A stretch of 64,000 nt of DNA from Ostreococcus lucimarinus (GCA_000092065.1 CP000592.1); one strand, 5' to 3'; numbered from the stretch's first letter, positions 17,044-28,599 are shown. Translations and numbers: made by a program. The notes: a model not told the origin generated them from the letters alone.

Positions 17044-19932
17044 TTAAGACACGTGTTCTCGAGCCTTGGTGTCGCCGTCGGAGGATAAGAAGATCATGTC
17101 GCCGTCTTTTAACTTTGTGGACGGCGGCACCATGACCATGTTTACGTTGACGCGCGCGTCGGCGTCGGCGGAAGACGCGGCTTCTGCACGAATTTCCGCC
17201 ACGGTTGACCCGCGTCGGACGCTGCGAACTTCGGGTAAATCATCTTTCCAAGTGATGACCATGACGCCGTCGTTGTTGAGATCGACATTGGGAAGTTTGG
17301 CGGACGGGTTCTTCAGCGCAACTTCGGCTTCGAATTTCGCGGCTTCTTCGGTTTGGAAGATGCCTTTGCTCGGCTTGGGAGTGGTGCGCTTTCCAGCCAT
17401 GAGGATATTGAGCGCCGGCGCTTCTTCTTCGCCACGACGCCAGCGCTCTTCGCGGGCGAGCTGAGTTTGTTTCGCGCGGGCGATGCGCTTGCGCTTTTCA
17501 ATCTCTGCGGCGGTGGCGGACCAGTTGCTCAGCAAGGTTTCCTTGTCCTCGCCAGAGGCGTCGTCGCCGTCGATGGATTCGTTCAAAAGCTCTCCCGCGA
17601 CGGTTTGAAGCTGACGAATCCGCATATCGACGTCATCGTCGTCGAGCGACGACAAATCGTCGTCAGAATCATTTGCATCATCCGCGCCCTCGATGACAAT
17701 TTCCGCCGTCACGCGCGTCTTGTGCCCGAGGTTGTCGACGCGATGCCAGCGCTGGTCGACGCAATAGCAAAACTCAGAGATGAAAAATTCGCTCGTGCCT
17801 TGACGGGCGCTGGTCAAACCGGACGCAATGACCTCTTTCATGAGCGCTTCGTGATGTTTATCAGCCATCCAAGCCGCGACGTCACTCCACTCACTACGCA
17901 TCGGTTCGGCGACGAGCATGCGCGAGCCATTGGCGTCGATGACGACGCCACAACTTCGGCGCCCGCTTGACACGAGTTGTACGCCACCGCCGACCGAAGG
18001 AGTTTCGTCCGTGTGTGACGCATCTTGATACGACTTCGAAGCGAACTTGGGCTTCCCTTTGTACATCCATTGGGCAGCGACACCAAACTCAGCGGCGTCG
18101 TGCATCGAACGCGTGCGCACTTGCACCTCGAGAGGTGCGCCGTCGGGTCCACCGATGGCGGTGTGAAGCGACCTATACCCGGTTTTCTTGGCGTTGGTGA
18201 TGTAATCGTCATACTCTCCTTCGATTGGGCGATACATCTTGTGAATCAAGTCGAGAAGCGCGTAGCATGCGTCGATTTCTCGTTCTGTGCCTCGCTCAGA
18301 CGTGCTCGCGTCACCGACGACGATGCGCATCGCGCGCGTGTCGCACACGCGTTCGAATGGTAAATTCTTGCGCTTCATCTTCATGTACGTGCTGTACGCG
18401 CTCTTTAGCCGCGAAGACACCGAGATGTTCAAATCGCTTTGAGTCGTATAGCCATCCATGAGAAGTTCGCTCCACAATCGACCGCGAATCGCGTCCAGAG
18501 TGCTCAGCGACGCGGCGATGCTCCCAGGTAGCGCGGTCAATCCTTCGACTTGCAACGAATCACCCTCGCGAGTAGACAACCAATCGAAAGAAGGTATACT
18601 CTCGATGCGATGCTTCACATCTAACTGCCAAGGCGCATATCGGTCGTCATCGTGTGACCCGCTTCCGTCAAACGAGTCGCTCTCCGTTTCCTCCTTGGCG
18701 CCGAAAAACGACACAGCGTCCAAACCAAAAAACGAACTCGGAGACGATTCCGTTTGCCCCGTCTGCTTTGACTTCGAGCTCGATCGCGCGCGGCCACTCA
18801 TGTCTTTCGCGCGCGGTTTCCAAGCCTTCGATCGCGCCGTCATGATGCCGTCGAAATTCTCCGGGTCGAGCACGGCGAAGCACAAATCCTCGAGCTCTGA
18901 TTTGATGGCCCACATCCCGAGCTTTTCGGCGAGCGAGCACCACACGCGAAGCGTTTCGTTGGCGATGTCCATCGCCTTTTCCTCGCTTGATATCGCGTAT
19001 ATCGTTCGCATGTTGTGCAAACGGTCGGCGATTTTAATCAAAAACACCCGCGGGTCGCGAACGATGAGCAACAAAATCTTGCGCAGCTGAGTCAAATCTT
19101 CCTCGCTCAGCTTCGCCTTGACTTCGACGTCGTCGACGTCTCGTCGTCGGCGACGCATGACTTCGTTCATCTGACCCACGCGTGAGACCTGAATCACCAA
19201 ATTATACACCCGCGTCCCGAACGTCGCCTTGAGCGTCTCATCCGTGCACGCCGTGTCGTCCAACACGTCGTGCAACAAGCACGCGCACACGGCGTCTCGA
19301 CTTCTCGACCCATTCCCGGGTAAATTCGCCGCTAAAATCTTCGCTGACTCCACGCAATGCTTGGCGTACGAGTCCCCATTCTTTCTGCGCTGTCCGCGGT
19401 GCCAAGACGCGGCGAAAGCCAGCGCGCGCTTCACCTCGGGTTCTTGGAAAATCGCGTATCGCGACACGTCGACGCCGTGCAACGTCTTCCCGTCAAAGTC
19501 CCGCGACTCCCCCACCCAAGACGCATCCGCGCTCTCCGCTCGCGCCGACGCCCATCCACCCCTATTACTCGCATCATCGCTCGCATCGCTCCCGAACACT
19601 CGCCCCTTCCACGCGCGCTCCCACATAAACGCCGTCGCCCCCACGCACGCCGAAGTCACGAAACTCGCCAAAAACGCCTCGTTGAATTCCCCGAGCTCCG
19701 TCGCCCGCTGACTCATCCGCACGAAAAAATCCGGCGCCTCGGGCGGTAAAACCCGCGTCCGCGTCTTCTCCGCGCGCCGTCGCGCCCCCCTCTCCCCCCT
19801 TCCGCCCGCGCGCGTCGCGAACGCGCGTCCCGGTCGTCCATCTTTCGTTCGCGCGCGCGCCTTCCCTCGCGCGCGTCGCGCGAGACGGACGCCCGTCTCG
19901 CGTCCCGGTCGTCCCGCGGCGATCGTCGACAT
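17044..19932 (-). CDS. RelA/SpoT homologue (RSH) (p)ppGpp synthetase/hydrolase with HD, RelA_SpoT and TGS domains, plastid-type
   Basis: The HD domain (LLHDVLDDT), the synthetase domain (YRSLHTAIGGPDGAPLEVQVRTRSMHD) and a C-terminal TGS-like domain are present. The start is uncertain, with in-frame ATGs at 19932 and 19716. Confidence 0.8.
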   Translation of the reverse strand: MSTIAAGRPGRETGVRLARRARGKARARTKDGRPGRAFATRAGGRGERGARRRAEKTRTRVLPPEAPDFFVRMSQRATELGEFNEAFLASFVTSACVGATAFMWERAWKGRVFGSDASDDASNRGGWASARAESADASWVGESRDFDGKTLHGVDVSRYAIFQEPEVKRALAFAASWHRGQRRKNGDSYAKHCVESAKILAANLPGNGSRSRDAVCACLLHDVLDDTACTDETLKATFGTRVYNLVIQVSRVGQMNEVMRRRRRDVDDVEVKAKLSEEDLTQLRKILLLIVRDPRVFLIKIADRLHNMRTIYAISSEEKAMDIANETLRVWCSLAEKLGMWAIKSELEDLCFAVLDPENFDGIMTARSKAWKPRAKDMSGRARSSSKSKQTGQTESSPSSFFGLDAVSFFGAKEETESDSFDGSGSHDDDRYAPWQLDVKHRIESIPSFDWLSTREGDSLQVEGLTALPGSIAASLSTLDAIRGRLWSELLMDGYTTQSDLNISVSSRLKSAYSTYMKMKRKNLPFERVCDTRAMRIVVGDASTSERGTEREIDACYALLDLIHKMYRPIEGEYDDYITNAKKTGYRSLHTAIGGPDGAPLEVQVRTRSMHDAAEFGVAAQWMYKGKPKFASKSYQDASHTDETPSVGGGVQLVSSGRRSCGVVIDANGSRMLVAEPMRSEWSDVAAWMADKHHEALMKEVIASGLTSARQGTSEFFISEFCYCVDQRWHRVDNLGHKTRVTAEIVIEGADDANDSDDDLSSLDDDDVDMRIRQLQTVAGELLNESIDGDDASGEDKETLLSNWSATAAEIEKRKRIARAKQTQLAREERWRRGEEEAPALNILMAGKRTTPKPSKGIFQTEEAAKFEAEVALKNPSAKLPNVDLNNDGVMVITWKDDLPEVRSVRRGSTVAEIRAEAASSADADARVNVNMVMVPPSTKLKDGDMIFLSSDGDTKAREHVS

Positions 19933-20271
19933 CGACGGGTTCCCTCGCGTCGCGATCTCGACGCCGCGGCACATTCGCGCGCGAGTGTGCGCGCGAATGC
20001 GCGCGCGAATCCGACGCGGCGTCGTCGCGGTCGGTTCGCGGTCGGTTCGAACGCGCTGTGCAAATTGACGTCTCACTGTTTGCGCACACACCGACCGACC
20101 GTGAGGTCACACGCGGGTGTCCATCGCGAGGCGCGTCTTTCGCGCGGGAGACCTGAGACTCGATGCCGGTGCGTGGCCCCTAAATACGACGTCATCGCGC
20201 GATAAAAAAAGCGTCAACCCTAACGGTCGGTCGGCCGTTGCGATCGATTCGCCGTCGCGCGCCGTCGAACG

Positions 20272-21750
20272 ATGACGCGCGACGACCACGCCGACGTGCA
20301 CGCGGTCGCGAGGGCGCTCGCGAGGGCGCCGAAACGCGCGACGCGGCGCACGGCGAAGGCGCTGCGCGCGCTCGTCTCGCGGCGCGGCGCGCTGACGTTC
20401 ACGGACGTCGAGGACGACCCGGCGCGGTTCTTCGCCGCGCACCGCGCGCTGGCGACGCACGCGACGACGCTGGGACCGGGATTTTGGATACGGTTCACGG
20501 TGCAGTATAACTTGTTCGCGGGGACGTGCGCGGCGCTGGGGACGGAGGCGCAGCGCGCGCGGTTGGAGACGCTGCGACGGCGCGGGACGCTGGGGTGCTT
20601 TTGTTTGACGGAACGGCTCGCGGGGGTGAACAGTGGGTTGGTGGTGCACACGCGCGCGGATTGGGACGGGAAGACGGGAGGGTACGTGATCAACAGCGGG
20701 GAAGGGGACGGCGGGACGAAGAATTGGATTTCGCAAGGGTTGACGGCGGACGCGGCGGTCGTCGTCGCGAATTTGTTCGTGAAGGGTCGATCTTTCGGAC
20801 CGCACGGGTTTTTGGTGACGATGCGCGAGGGGGCGTTCGGGCGTCTGGCGCGAGGGATCACCGTCGGCGATATGGGTTTGAAAACGACTGGTAACGATCT
20901 CGACAACGCCTGGGTGCGATTCGACGACTTTCGCGCGCCCGCGGAGTCGTTACTGGCTAAATATGGGGACGTCGACGCGAGTACCGGTGAGTACGTGGCG
21001 AAAAAAGAAGGGATTCGCACGATGGACATGATCGGTCAGCGTTTGTTCACCGGGCGCGTGGCTGTGGCGCAGGCGGCGTTGACGTTTGTGCGCAGACTCT
21101 TCGACGACACGAAGCGGTACTCGGACCAGAAGCCCTGCACTATGCGCGGTGATTCGCCGGCGTTGACGGACGTACCTCAACTGCGCGCGCTTTACGATGA
21201 AGGCTACGCGACGATCGATCGTTTGGATGCGTACGTGAAGCAGTGCGAAAATGAATTGTGCCAGTGCTTGCGGCGACGCGAAATCCCAGACGCGGTTCTA
21301 GTCCAAGCCATCGCCGTGGCGAAGATAAAAGCCGTGGAGGGCGCGATCGATCTCGCGTTTCGCCTGAAGCAAGAAGTCGGGTCGTATGCCTTGATGTCTG
21401 GCACAGGATTCGACAACACGGACTTTCTGCAGTGCTGCAAATTTGCCGAAGGAGATAGCCGTATTTTGTCGCAAAAGCTCGCGCGCGACTGCTTCGGCGC
21501 ATTTCAACGCAACGATCAACGCAGCGCGGTCGGGGTAAAGTCGGAGATCGAGCTTGATTTATGCCAGCGAATCGATGAACACATGCGAGACGCGCGCGAA
21601 GCAAATGCAAACGTGAGTAAGATCGAAGCGTGGGATTCGGCGTGGCGCGAGGTGTATCGTCTCGCCGAAGTCATTTGCGAGCGCGTGATGCATGAAAAGA
21701 GTTTCGCCGCCGCTGCCGCGGCGGGATCGGTCACGCGTTCGAAACTGTAG
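20272..21750 (+). CDS. acyl-CoA oxidase/dehydrogenase family protein
   Basis: It has ACAD/ACOX-like N- and middle-domain motifs (GCFCLTERLAGVNSG, TKNWISQGLTADAAVV) and a C-terminal helical domain. Confidence 0.65.
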   Translation: MTRDDHADVHAVARALARAPKRATRRTAKALRALVSRRGALTFTDVEDDPARFFAAHRALATHATTLGPGFWIRFTVQYNLFAGTCAALGTEAQRARLETLRRRGTLGCFCLTERLAGVNSGLVVHTRADWDGKTGGYVINSGEGDGGTKNWISQGLTADAAVVVANLFVKGRSFGPHGFLVTMREGAFGRLARGITVGDMGLKTTGNDLDNAWVRFDDFRAPAESLLAKYGDVDASTGEYVAKKEGIRTMDMIGQRLFTGRVAVAQAALTFVRRLFDDTKRYSDQKPCTMRGDSPALTDVPQLRALYDEGYATIDRLDAYVKQCENELCQCLRRREIPDAVLVQAIAVAKIKAVEGAIDLAFRLKQEVGSYALMSGTGFDNTDFLQCCKFAEGDSRILSQKLARDCFGAFQRNDQRSAVGVKSEIELDLCQRIDEHMRDAREANANVSKIEAWDSAWREVYRLAEVICERVMHEKSFAAAAAAGSVTRSKL

Positions 21751-21852
21751 CGTTGGTGCGGCTGATGACTGTAAATATTACTTTAGAACTACTTTGCGAC
21801 TGATTTACAACGCGTCTACGATTGAGTGAAAAGATTGGCGAAACGTCGACGT

Positions 21853-23220
21853 TTAACGTCGCGAGCGACCGTCGTCCCGTCCTCGTTCTCGGTCTCGCGA
21901 TCGGTCACGCTTGCGATCGCGGTCTCGCGATCGCGATCGATCTCGCTTGCGATCGCGGTCTCGTGATCGCGACCGGTCTCGCTTGCGGTCGCGACGCTCG
22001 TCTTTGTCTCTGTGCGAATATTTGCGGTCGCGATGCTTGTCGTCGCGCTTGCCCGCGCTCTTATTGTCTTGCACCATGGCGTAACGCGCATTGCCACCGC
22101 TGATATGACCCATGGCGTTAGATTTGATCTCAAACGTTCGCCCAGCGCCCTGAAACGTGCGCTTCATGCCTCGACTGGATTTACCATCCGCCTCGTCAAA
22201 GTCCTCCTCCGTCCCACCGTTTTTCCCGAAACGCTTGAAATTCTTCCAAAGATGATGCATCGATTGCGAAAAGTCGACGTGAATGCGTCTGTCGTCGATC
22301 AAAACATTATCCATCTTGAAGTACGCCTGCTCGGCCTCGTGTTTGTGCTCAAAGTTAACGAAGGCGTACCCAAGACTCGCTCCCGTCTTGAAGTCGCGAA
22401 TGACGTCGCACGACAATACCTTACCAAATCGACTGAAAATGATTTCTAAATCCTCATCCGTAGTCACTGGGTTCAATTTGCACACAAAGAGCGATTCTTC
22501 CGGCGGTTTTGCGTCCGCATCGGGCAAGTCTCCTATGAGTTCAAGGACGACGGCTCGATTGTGCGCCTCGCGCCCACGCTTCTCCTCTTCAATCTGTGCC
22601 TCATCCTTATTCATCTCCGCGTTGACATCGAAATCATCCTCTAACCTATCATCATCGGGGTCCTCTTTTCTAGGCGGCGACGCGTCCGGGACGAGTTCGG
22701 CGAACCCCGGGGGATCGTCGAACGGGTCGTCCAGCACGACGCAGTGCTTTATGCGAATATTCTGCCACGGTCGTCCACTTTCATCGCAATACGCCTCATT
22801 AATCGCCCTCAACACGTCCATCCCCTCTGAAACCTCCCCAAATATCGTTCGCGTCCCATCCAACGCGTCTACCGCGCCCGCGCGCGTCGTGATGATGAAC
22901 TGCGACGCGTTCGCGTTCTCCGCCGCCGGCGCCATGCTCACCGTTCCAAACTTTTCATGCTTCCGCGTCGCGTGTATCTCATCCTCGAAGAACCGCGCTT
23001 GCTCGCCGTACAGAAACTTAAACACCGAGTCTCCACCGCGCCCGGTGTTCGTGGGATCGCCCGTCTGCGCCATGAAATCCTTTTGAATGTCGAAAAACTT
23101 GCAGTGGTTGTAATACTTCATCTTGCACAGCTTGACGAAATTCAGGCACGTCTTCGGGGCGTCGTCGACGAACAGGTCGATGACGATGTCCCCTTTCGAG
23201 GTCTCGAGCAGGACCGCCAT
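21853..23220 (-). CDS. PPIL4: peptidyl-prolyl isomerase-like 4 (cyclophilin + RRM, PPIL4/CYP59) with RS/RD-repeat tail
   Basis: It starts [17 protein letters not shown] as PPIL4 orthologues do. A cyclophilin domain, an RRM ([23 protein letters not shown]...YAFVNFE) and a C-terminal [12 protein letters not shown] repeat follow. The ATG at 23220 was verified. Confidence 0.85.
   Translation of the reverse strand: MAVLLETSKGDIVIDLFVDDAPKTCLNFVKLCKMKYYNHCKFFDIQKDFMAQTGDPTNTGRGGDSVFKFLYGEQARFFEDEIHATRKHEKFGTVSMAPAAENANASQFIITTRAGAVDALDGTRTIFGEVSEGMDVLRAINEAYCDESGRPWQNIRIKHCVVLDDPFDDPPGFAELVPDASPPRKEDPDDDRLEDDFDVNAEMNKDEAQIEEEKRGREAHNRAVVLELIGDLPDADAKPPEESLFVCKLNPVTTDEDLEIIFSRFGKVLSCDVIRDFKTGASLGYAFVNFEHKHEAEQAYFKMDNVLIDDRRIHVDFSQSMHHLWKNFKRFGKNGGTEEDFDEADGKSSRGMKRTFQGAGRTFEIKSNAMGHISGGNARYAMVQDNKSAGKRDDKHRDRKYSHRDKDERRDRKRDRSRSRDRDRKRDRSRSRDRDRKRDRSRDRERGRDDGRSRR
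21885..22000. repeat. ~36-nt imperfect tandem repeats encoding the RD/RS tail of PPIL4
   Basis: cggtctcgcgatcg...cttgcgatcg units are repeated about three times. They lie inside the coding region. Confidence 0.6.
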
Positions 23221-23420
23221 GGGCGCCGCGCGCGCGTCGCTCTGTGCGATTTCAGCGTTAACCTCGATGGAGTCGTCACAGTTCGACGCGTTCGCGCGCG
23301 CCTCGAAAGCCTCGCGCGCGCGTTCGCGAGCGCGTATCGTAAGAAACCGTCGCACTTCGCGACTCGGGACGCGAGACCGTCGACGCGCGCGACGCACGCG
23401 GAGGAAACCGATCGATCGCG

Positions 23421-24041
23421 ATGGCGGAAGGATTACCGCGCGAGGAGGTCGAGCGCATGCTCTTCTTCGAGGACGCGCGAGCGCGCGCCGAGGCCGAGCA
23501 CAGACAAAACCCGCACGACGCGCAAGTGCTCACGCGATGGGGCGGCGCGCTGCTGGAGCTGGCGCACTTTCGACAGGGCCCAGAGGCCGTGGACATGATC
23601 GAGGAGGCGGTGGAAAAGTTTGAGAGCGCGTTGGAGATCAACCCGAAGAAACACGACGCGCTGTGGTGCCTGGGAAACGCGCTGACGAGTCAAGGATTCC
23701 TGTTCCCGGAAGCGCGCGAGGCGATGAAGTACTTTGAAGAAGCGAAGTCGTGCTTCCGACGGGCGCTGGAGGAGGAGCCGAATAACGAGATTTATCGCAA
23801 GGCGCTGGAGATGACGGATAAAGCGCCAGGTTTGCACGCAGAGTTGCAGCGACAGCTCGCGGAACAAGCGGCGCATCAGCAGGCGTACGGCGGTGGGATG
23901 GGCGGCGGCGGTGGGATGGGCGCCGGGGCGAATAAGGCGGACGACGAGCACGACTTTTATTGGGACGTCCTCGGGTGGTGCACGTTCGGTTTGATCGCCA
24001 CGTCTTGGCTCGTCATGGCGCAGATGCAAACCGCGCAGTGA
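23421..24041 (+). CDS. TOM20: plant-type mitochondrial import receptor TOM20
   Basis: [37 protein letters not shown] matches the plant TOM20 N-terminus. TPR-like helices, a Gly-rich linker and a C-terminal TM anchor follow. Confidence 0.85.
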   Translation: MAEGLPREEVERMLFFEDARARAEAEHRQNPHDAQVLTRWGGALLELAHFRQGPEAVDMIEEAVEKFESALEINPKKHDALWCLGNALTSQGFLFPEAREAMKYFEEAKSCFRRALEEEPNNEIYRKALEMTDKAPGLHAELQRQLAEQAAHQQAYGGGMGGGGGMGAGANKADDEHDFYWDVLGWCTFGLIATSWLVMAQMQTAQ

Positions 24042-24170
24042 TGCGTTCGTGGAAAACTAATCGTTCGCTAAACGCTCGTAGCGCTTGAAATTAGACGTTT
24101 CACCTTTTCAACCTCGCGTTTTCAAACTCGCTCGGGACAGCCGAGCGGGACGACAGCCGCATTCTCGCGC

Positions 24171-25166
24171 ATGCTCCTCGGCGTCGGCGCGCGATTTCAA
24201 ATCGTCTTACAACGCACGATGTCGAACAAAATAACCGCTCTCGGCGCCGCCAAACCGAAGGCGCAGATGGGGCTCGGCGCTTTTCTCGTCAAGGGTGTCA
24301 AGATGAGCGAAAACAAAATCCTCGCCGCGAGCGCGCCCACGCGCGCGGTCGCCGTCGAAGCGAAGGCGAAAGAGAACGCGGCGAGCGCTTCGACGAACAC
24401 CGCGGAAGGCGCGGGCGCGGAGGCGACGAAGGCGGAGAAGACGACGTCGCGCGGGAGAAAGACTTCAAAACCGGCGTCGTTCGAAGCGTCGCCGGCGAAG
24501 CGCGCGAAGAAAGCGGCCGGCCCCGGCCCCGATCGCTCGCACGAAAAGAAACACTGGGAAGCAGGTCGTCATCGAGTCGTAGGCGTGGACGAAGCGGGAC
24601 GGGGACCGTTGGCAGGACCTGTGGTGGCGGCGGCGTGCTTCGTGCCGAAGGATTGCGTCGTCGACTGCGTCAACGACTCCAAGCAGCTCACTGAGGAGGG
24701 CAGAGAGGAGATCTTCGAGGAGCTCATGGCGAATAAGGATATCGAGTACGGGGTGTGCGTGATCGATCAAGATCGCATCGATGAGATTAATATTTTGGAG
24801 TGCACGATGGAGGCGATGCACCGAAGCGCCGCCGACGTGCCGAACGTGGACTGGGTGTTAATCGACGGGAATCGCGTTCCGAAGCCGCTGGAAGGCAAAG
24901 CCGAAGCGATCGTGAAAGGTGACGCGAAGAACGTCGCCATCGCCGCCGCGTCTATCATCGCCAAGGTCACGCGGGATCGAATGATGCTCGAAATCGACAA
25001 GGAATTTCCGATGTACGGCTTCAAGGACCACAAAGGATACGGCACCAAGGCGCACATGGCGGCGATCGACAAACACGGCCCGTGCGTGTACCACAGGAAA
25101 ACCTTCGCGCCGATCAAGCACATGGACTTGTCTAAGTGGCCGGAGTGCATGAAGAAGAAGACCTAG
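24171..25166 (+). CDS. rnhB: bacterial-type ribonuclease HII with N-terminal extension (organellar)
   Basis: RNase HII motifs GVDEAGRGPLAGPVV and DSKQLT are present with the C-terminal catalytic region. The alternative start at 24219 (MSNKITALG) is in frame. Confidence 0.8.
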   Translation: MLLGVGARFQIVLQRTMSNKITALGAAKPKAQMGLGAFLVKGVKMSENKILAASAPTRAVAVEAKAKENAASASTNTAEGAGAEATKAEKTTSRGRKTSKPASFEASPAKRAKKAAGPGPDRSHEKKHWEAGRHRVVGVDEAGRGPLAGPVVAAACFVPKDCVVDCVNDSKQLTEEGREEIFEELMANKDIEYGVCVIDQDRIDEINILECTMEAMHRSAADVPNVDWVLIDGNRVPKPLEGKAEAIVKGDAKNVAIAAASIIAKVTRDRMMLEIDKEFPMYGFKDHKGYGTKAHMAAIDKHGPCVYHRKTFAPIKHMDLSKWPECMKKKT

Positions 25167-25234
25167 TGCGCGCTATCGATTCAATACAACTATTTCTGCT
25201 ACGCTACGCTCGACGCGACGGTCCCGCTCTCGCC

Positions 25235-25534
25235 CTACATCACCGCCCGGTACACCCCGAGCGCGACGAACGCCGCCGCGAACGCCCCCATGGCGATCTT
25301 ATGCGACAAAACGCGTCGAGGTTCTCGGTACACCTCCCACGTCACCATCGCCGCGCCCACGGCGCAGGCGGACGTGCCTAAAACTCGACAGCTCAGGCAA
25401 TCGTCGGCGTTCGTCGCCTTCGCGCTCGTTCGCGGGGCGTAGGTGAGGTGCGAGAACGGAATCGACGTCGCGGCGCGCGCGCTCGACGCGGCGCTCGATT
25501 CGCGCGCGCGCGCGCCGTCGACGCCGTCGGGCAT
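25235..25534 (-). CDS. hypothetical small membrane protein with CLSCR motif (possibly DUF4536/DMAC1-like)
   Basis: This 99-aa ORF contains DDCLSCRVLGTSACAVGA and a C-terminal hydrophobic helix. The family assignment is a guess. Confidence 0.3.
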   Translation of the reverse strand: MPDGVDGARARESSAASSARAATSIPFSHLTYAPRTSAKATNADDCLSCRVLGTSACAVGAAMVTWEVYREPRRVLSHKIAMGAFAAAFVALGVYRAVM

Positions 25535-25610
25535 GTCGTCGAGGTCTGAGGAGGCGTGGTCGGCGGTTAGTTGAGCTTTCGCGCGCGGCGGTTGCGTCTA
25601 ATATATGTTA

Positions 25611-28386
25611 CTACGTAGTCGCGGGCGCTTCAGGCGCCGGTGCATGCGCATCATCGACGGTTCCTTCGATGGAAGTAGTCGCGTGCACTTCGTGTGCCGG
25701 TGCATCCACGTCATCAGTGTCCATCGGCGCGGGCGCGGCCACAGGTACGCCCGGAACCGTTTTGGTTTGCAGCGGGTGTGCACCCCCCTGCTCTTGCGTG
25801 GGTTTGGCGTCGCCTTTCGAGTATTTCATGTCGACAAAATGAGTCGCTCGATAGTCATCGATCATCGCCACGTAAGCGAGCACTTCTTTCATCGAACGTA
25901 ATTTGTGGCCGCTTGGTGAGAGGAATTCTTTGTACGAAGTCCCCGCAAGACGTCCACCTTTTCGCTCAAACACGTCTACACGCCAGCCGCGACCGCGAAT
26001 GTCGATATTGGGCGCGTGCTTTTCGACATACGCGTACAATTTCTCAAGTTCGCTCGCTGTCGCGTTTCTGACGGCGAATTTCGTCTCGCGAACCTCGCTG
26101 ACTGGCTTCGCGGCGGTCGTTTTCGGCTTCTTCAACTCCAACCGATCTCTAAGTCGCACATTCTCCTCTTGCAGAGCGCGTACTTTCGCGCGCGAACTGT
26201 CGAGCTGGAACTCACGAGTTTGCACGCGTACTCGTAATCTTTCGAGCTCTCCTGCGTATGATTTCATTTCCTCTACGCTCACGGTGGAAGAGCCGTTGAT
26301 GCCCCTCTTAATATTCTGATCAATATAACGCGCATTTGCAGCGCGTTCCTCCGCGAGTTCTGTCTCGAGCTGCACGAACTTTTCCTCGAGAATCTTGAAG
26401 AAGCTCTCATCGATGACGGTTGAGAGCGCTTTGGGAACTCGAACCATCTGGTTTGGCTCTGCTTTGACATCAGGACGCTCCATATTGCTTTCTTCTTTCT
26501 CAGTGACTGTTTTCTTTGCATCTGCCGCTGCCGCGACTTTATTGACCAAAAGTGGAGGAACGGCAATAGCAGGCGAAGGCTCGACCGTTTGATCATCGAC
26601 CGCAGTGCGCACTTGAGCCTCTCGCATTAAATTCTCGCGCCGCGACACCGCAGTCGGTGCGGACGTCGGTGCGGAGTGGAACGCGTCGCCAGTGTCCGTT
26701 TCCGTTCTTGTCGGCCCGCGTGCGTCCGCTGCGGCGTGCGACGCTAGCGCAGGAACCACGAATTCCTCGTCTTCAATTCTAGTTTGCCATTGATACTCAA
26801 ACTCTCTTGACATGATGCGCGCCATCTTGAACACTGGCGTGTCGTCTTTGTTGTAAGTCATCGCATTGGACCAAACCAGTCGAACGTCGGCGGCGTACGC
26901 CTCGACATTTTTCTCGTCGTAATACCCCGCGTCGATGCGTTCTTTAATCGTACCGAGATCCATCGGATTTTTAATGACTTCGAAGTAGTCTGGAATCTCC
27001 CAGTACACCGGATCGACTGGACGCAAGAAAATGTACGCGTTCTTGTGTACCATGAGAGAGCGATGAATCGACTTGATGCGGGTAAGTGGGGTCGCGACAC
27101 GTCCGCCTTTCGGCCTACCGCGCGGCGCTGGAGCCTTATTCGCACCGTCGCTCCCTCCATCTTCATCGTCTTCGTCGAACGAGCTAGACTTGTGCAAACG
27201 TTTTCGTCGCTTCGCCGTTTGCTTCAAAGACGTCGTTCCCGCGCCGCGGCCGCCGCCGCCGGCTAAACGATACCTTTGAATACCGAAATAATAATCCTGC
27301 ATGCATTGCACTAGATGACGCTTGAACTTTTGATAGGTGATGTCGGCCTCCTTGAATGCTTGTTTGTTGTGTGTCGGTTCCAAGGAGTCCGCCTCGATGA
27401 CACCGATCATATCCTTCATCATTGTGTTCGCCTGCAGCTGCGAACCGAAGCGTTGGTGCATGCGAATCAATCGGTTCTTGTTGTAAATGTGGAACCCACA
27501 CTTCTTCGAAGTTTCATCCGCGGCGTATCCGATGTGAATCGTGATTCCCGCGTCCAAGCCTCGCGGCTTGTACTCCGGAAACACATAATATTCTCGCGCG
27601 AGATGCGCGATCGGGTCTCGCGGCACGACTGGTCGCCCGCGAAGCGTGAATTCGCACCGCGGTTTCAGGTACAAAATTTCCATGTAAGCACGTAAACTAT
27701 AGTCTTCCTGCACATCAATCGACGCCTGCTGGCCTTCGCGCGATTGTTGGAAAATCGGTCCGCGCACCGCTCGCTCGTCATCTGGGATAGCCCCCACCAG
27801 ACGAATGTCATCCTTGTAGCTCGTGAAATCCAACTCGGGCGGATCGCGCAAGTTGAAAAGTACGATGCGCGTCCCGTGTGAACCTCTTATCTTGTCCAAC
27901 TCTCGCATCAACTGTGGCTCCGAGGGTACGAATGAATATCGCAAGATCACAGACATGTGTTCATCCCATTTTTTCGTATTCGCTGGTTCGCTCGCGACGT
28001 ATGAAACCCTGCCGCCAGTCGTCGCGTCTCGCTCCATCCTCCACGAAAACATCGGAATCAGAATGTCGTCCAGCTCGGCGTCATCTAAAAACGTCTGTGA
28101 CAGGAACGCGACGTGGGCGTACCCATCTCTTTTCGTCAATATCAACGCGTCTCGCGCCAATCGCATCGATCCAGACTTAAAACCGATACCAAACCGCCCG
28201 ACGTTCCCAGCCTTGTGTTCCTTGTCGCTAAAACCAAACGACAGCATGCCGACCAGTCGCCGACGATCCATGCCCACGCCGTCGTCTTGAACGATGATGC
28301 CCACATTATTCTTGGGATCGACCATTTTAGAAAGCTCTACGACGTCGACGTGTACGGCTTTGGCTCCACACTCCGCGTCTTGCGCG
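25611..28386 (-). CDS. MORC-family GHKL ATPase – bromodomain – coiled coil – MBD protein, exon 2
   Basis: GHKL/MORC motifs (VDVVELSKMVDPKNNVGIIVQDDGVGMD, GRFGIGFKSGSMRLARDALILTK) and the S5-like region come first. A bromodomain (MVHKNAYIFLRPVDPVYWEIPDYFEVIKNPMDLGTIKERIDAGYY...MTYN), a long coiled coil and an MBD (RGRGWRVDVFERKGGRLAGTSYKEFLSPSGHKLRSMKEVLAYV) follow. The exon-2 5' boundary was set at the AG acceptor at 28387-28388. Confidence 0.75.
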
Positions 28387-28513
28387 CTACGTTCGAGCGA
28401 GAGCGAACGCGCGCGTCAGTCTCGCGTTCCGTCGCGTCGAAACGAAGAAAATCGAGCGAAAACGAGATTCACCGCGCCTCTCAAAATCGCATCGCTCCGC
28501 TTCGTAAACGCAC

Positions 28514-28599
28514 TTATCGATCAGTTCCGCGAGCGCCCCTAACGGCCACACGTGACTCGTGGCGTTACCTGCGCTCAAAAACGACGCGACGCTCCGCAT
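28514..28599 (-). CDS. MORC-bromodomain-MBD gene, exon 1 (MRSVASFLSAGNATSHVWPLGALAELID + first 2 nt of the Asn codon)
   Basis: Exon 1 encodes the MORC N-terminal box (NATSHVW...ALAELIDN). Donor GATAA|gtgcgt and acceptor cgtag|CGCG restore ...ELIDNAQDAECGAKAVHVDV... in frame. The intron is 28387..28513 (127 nt). The ATG at 28597-28599 was verified. Confidence 0.6.
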
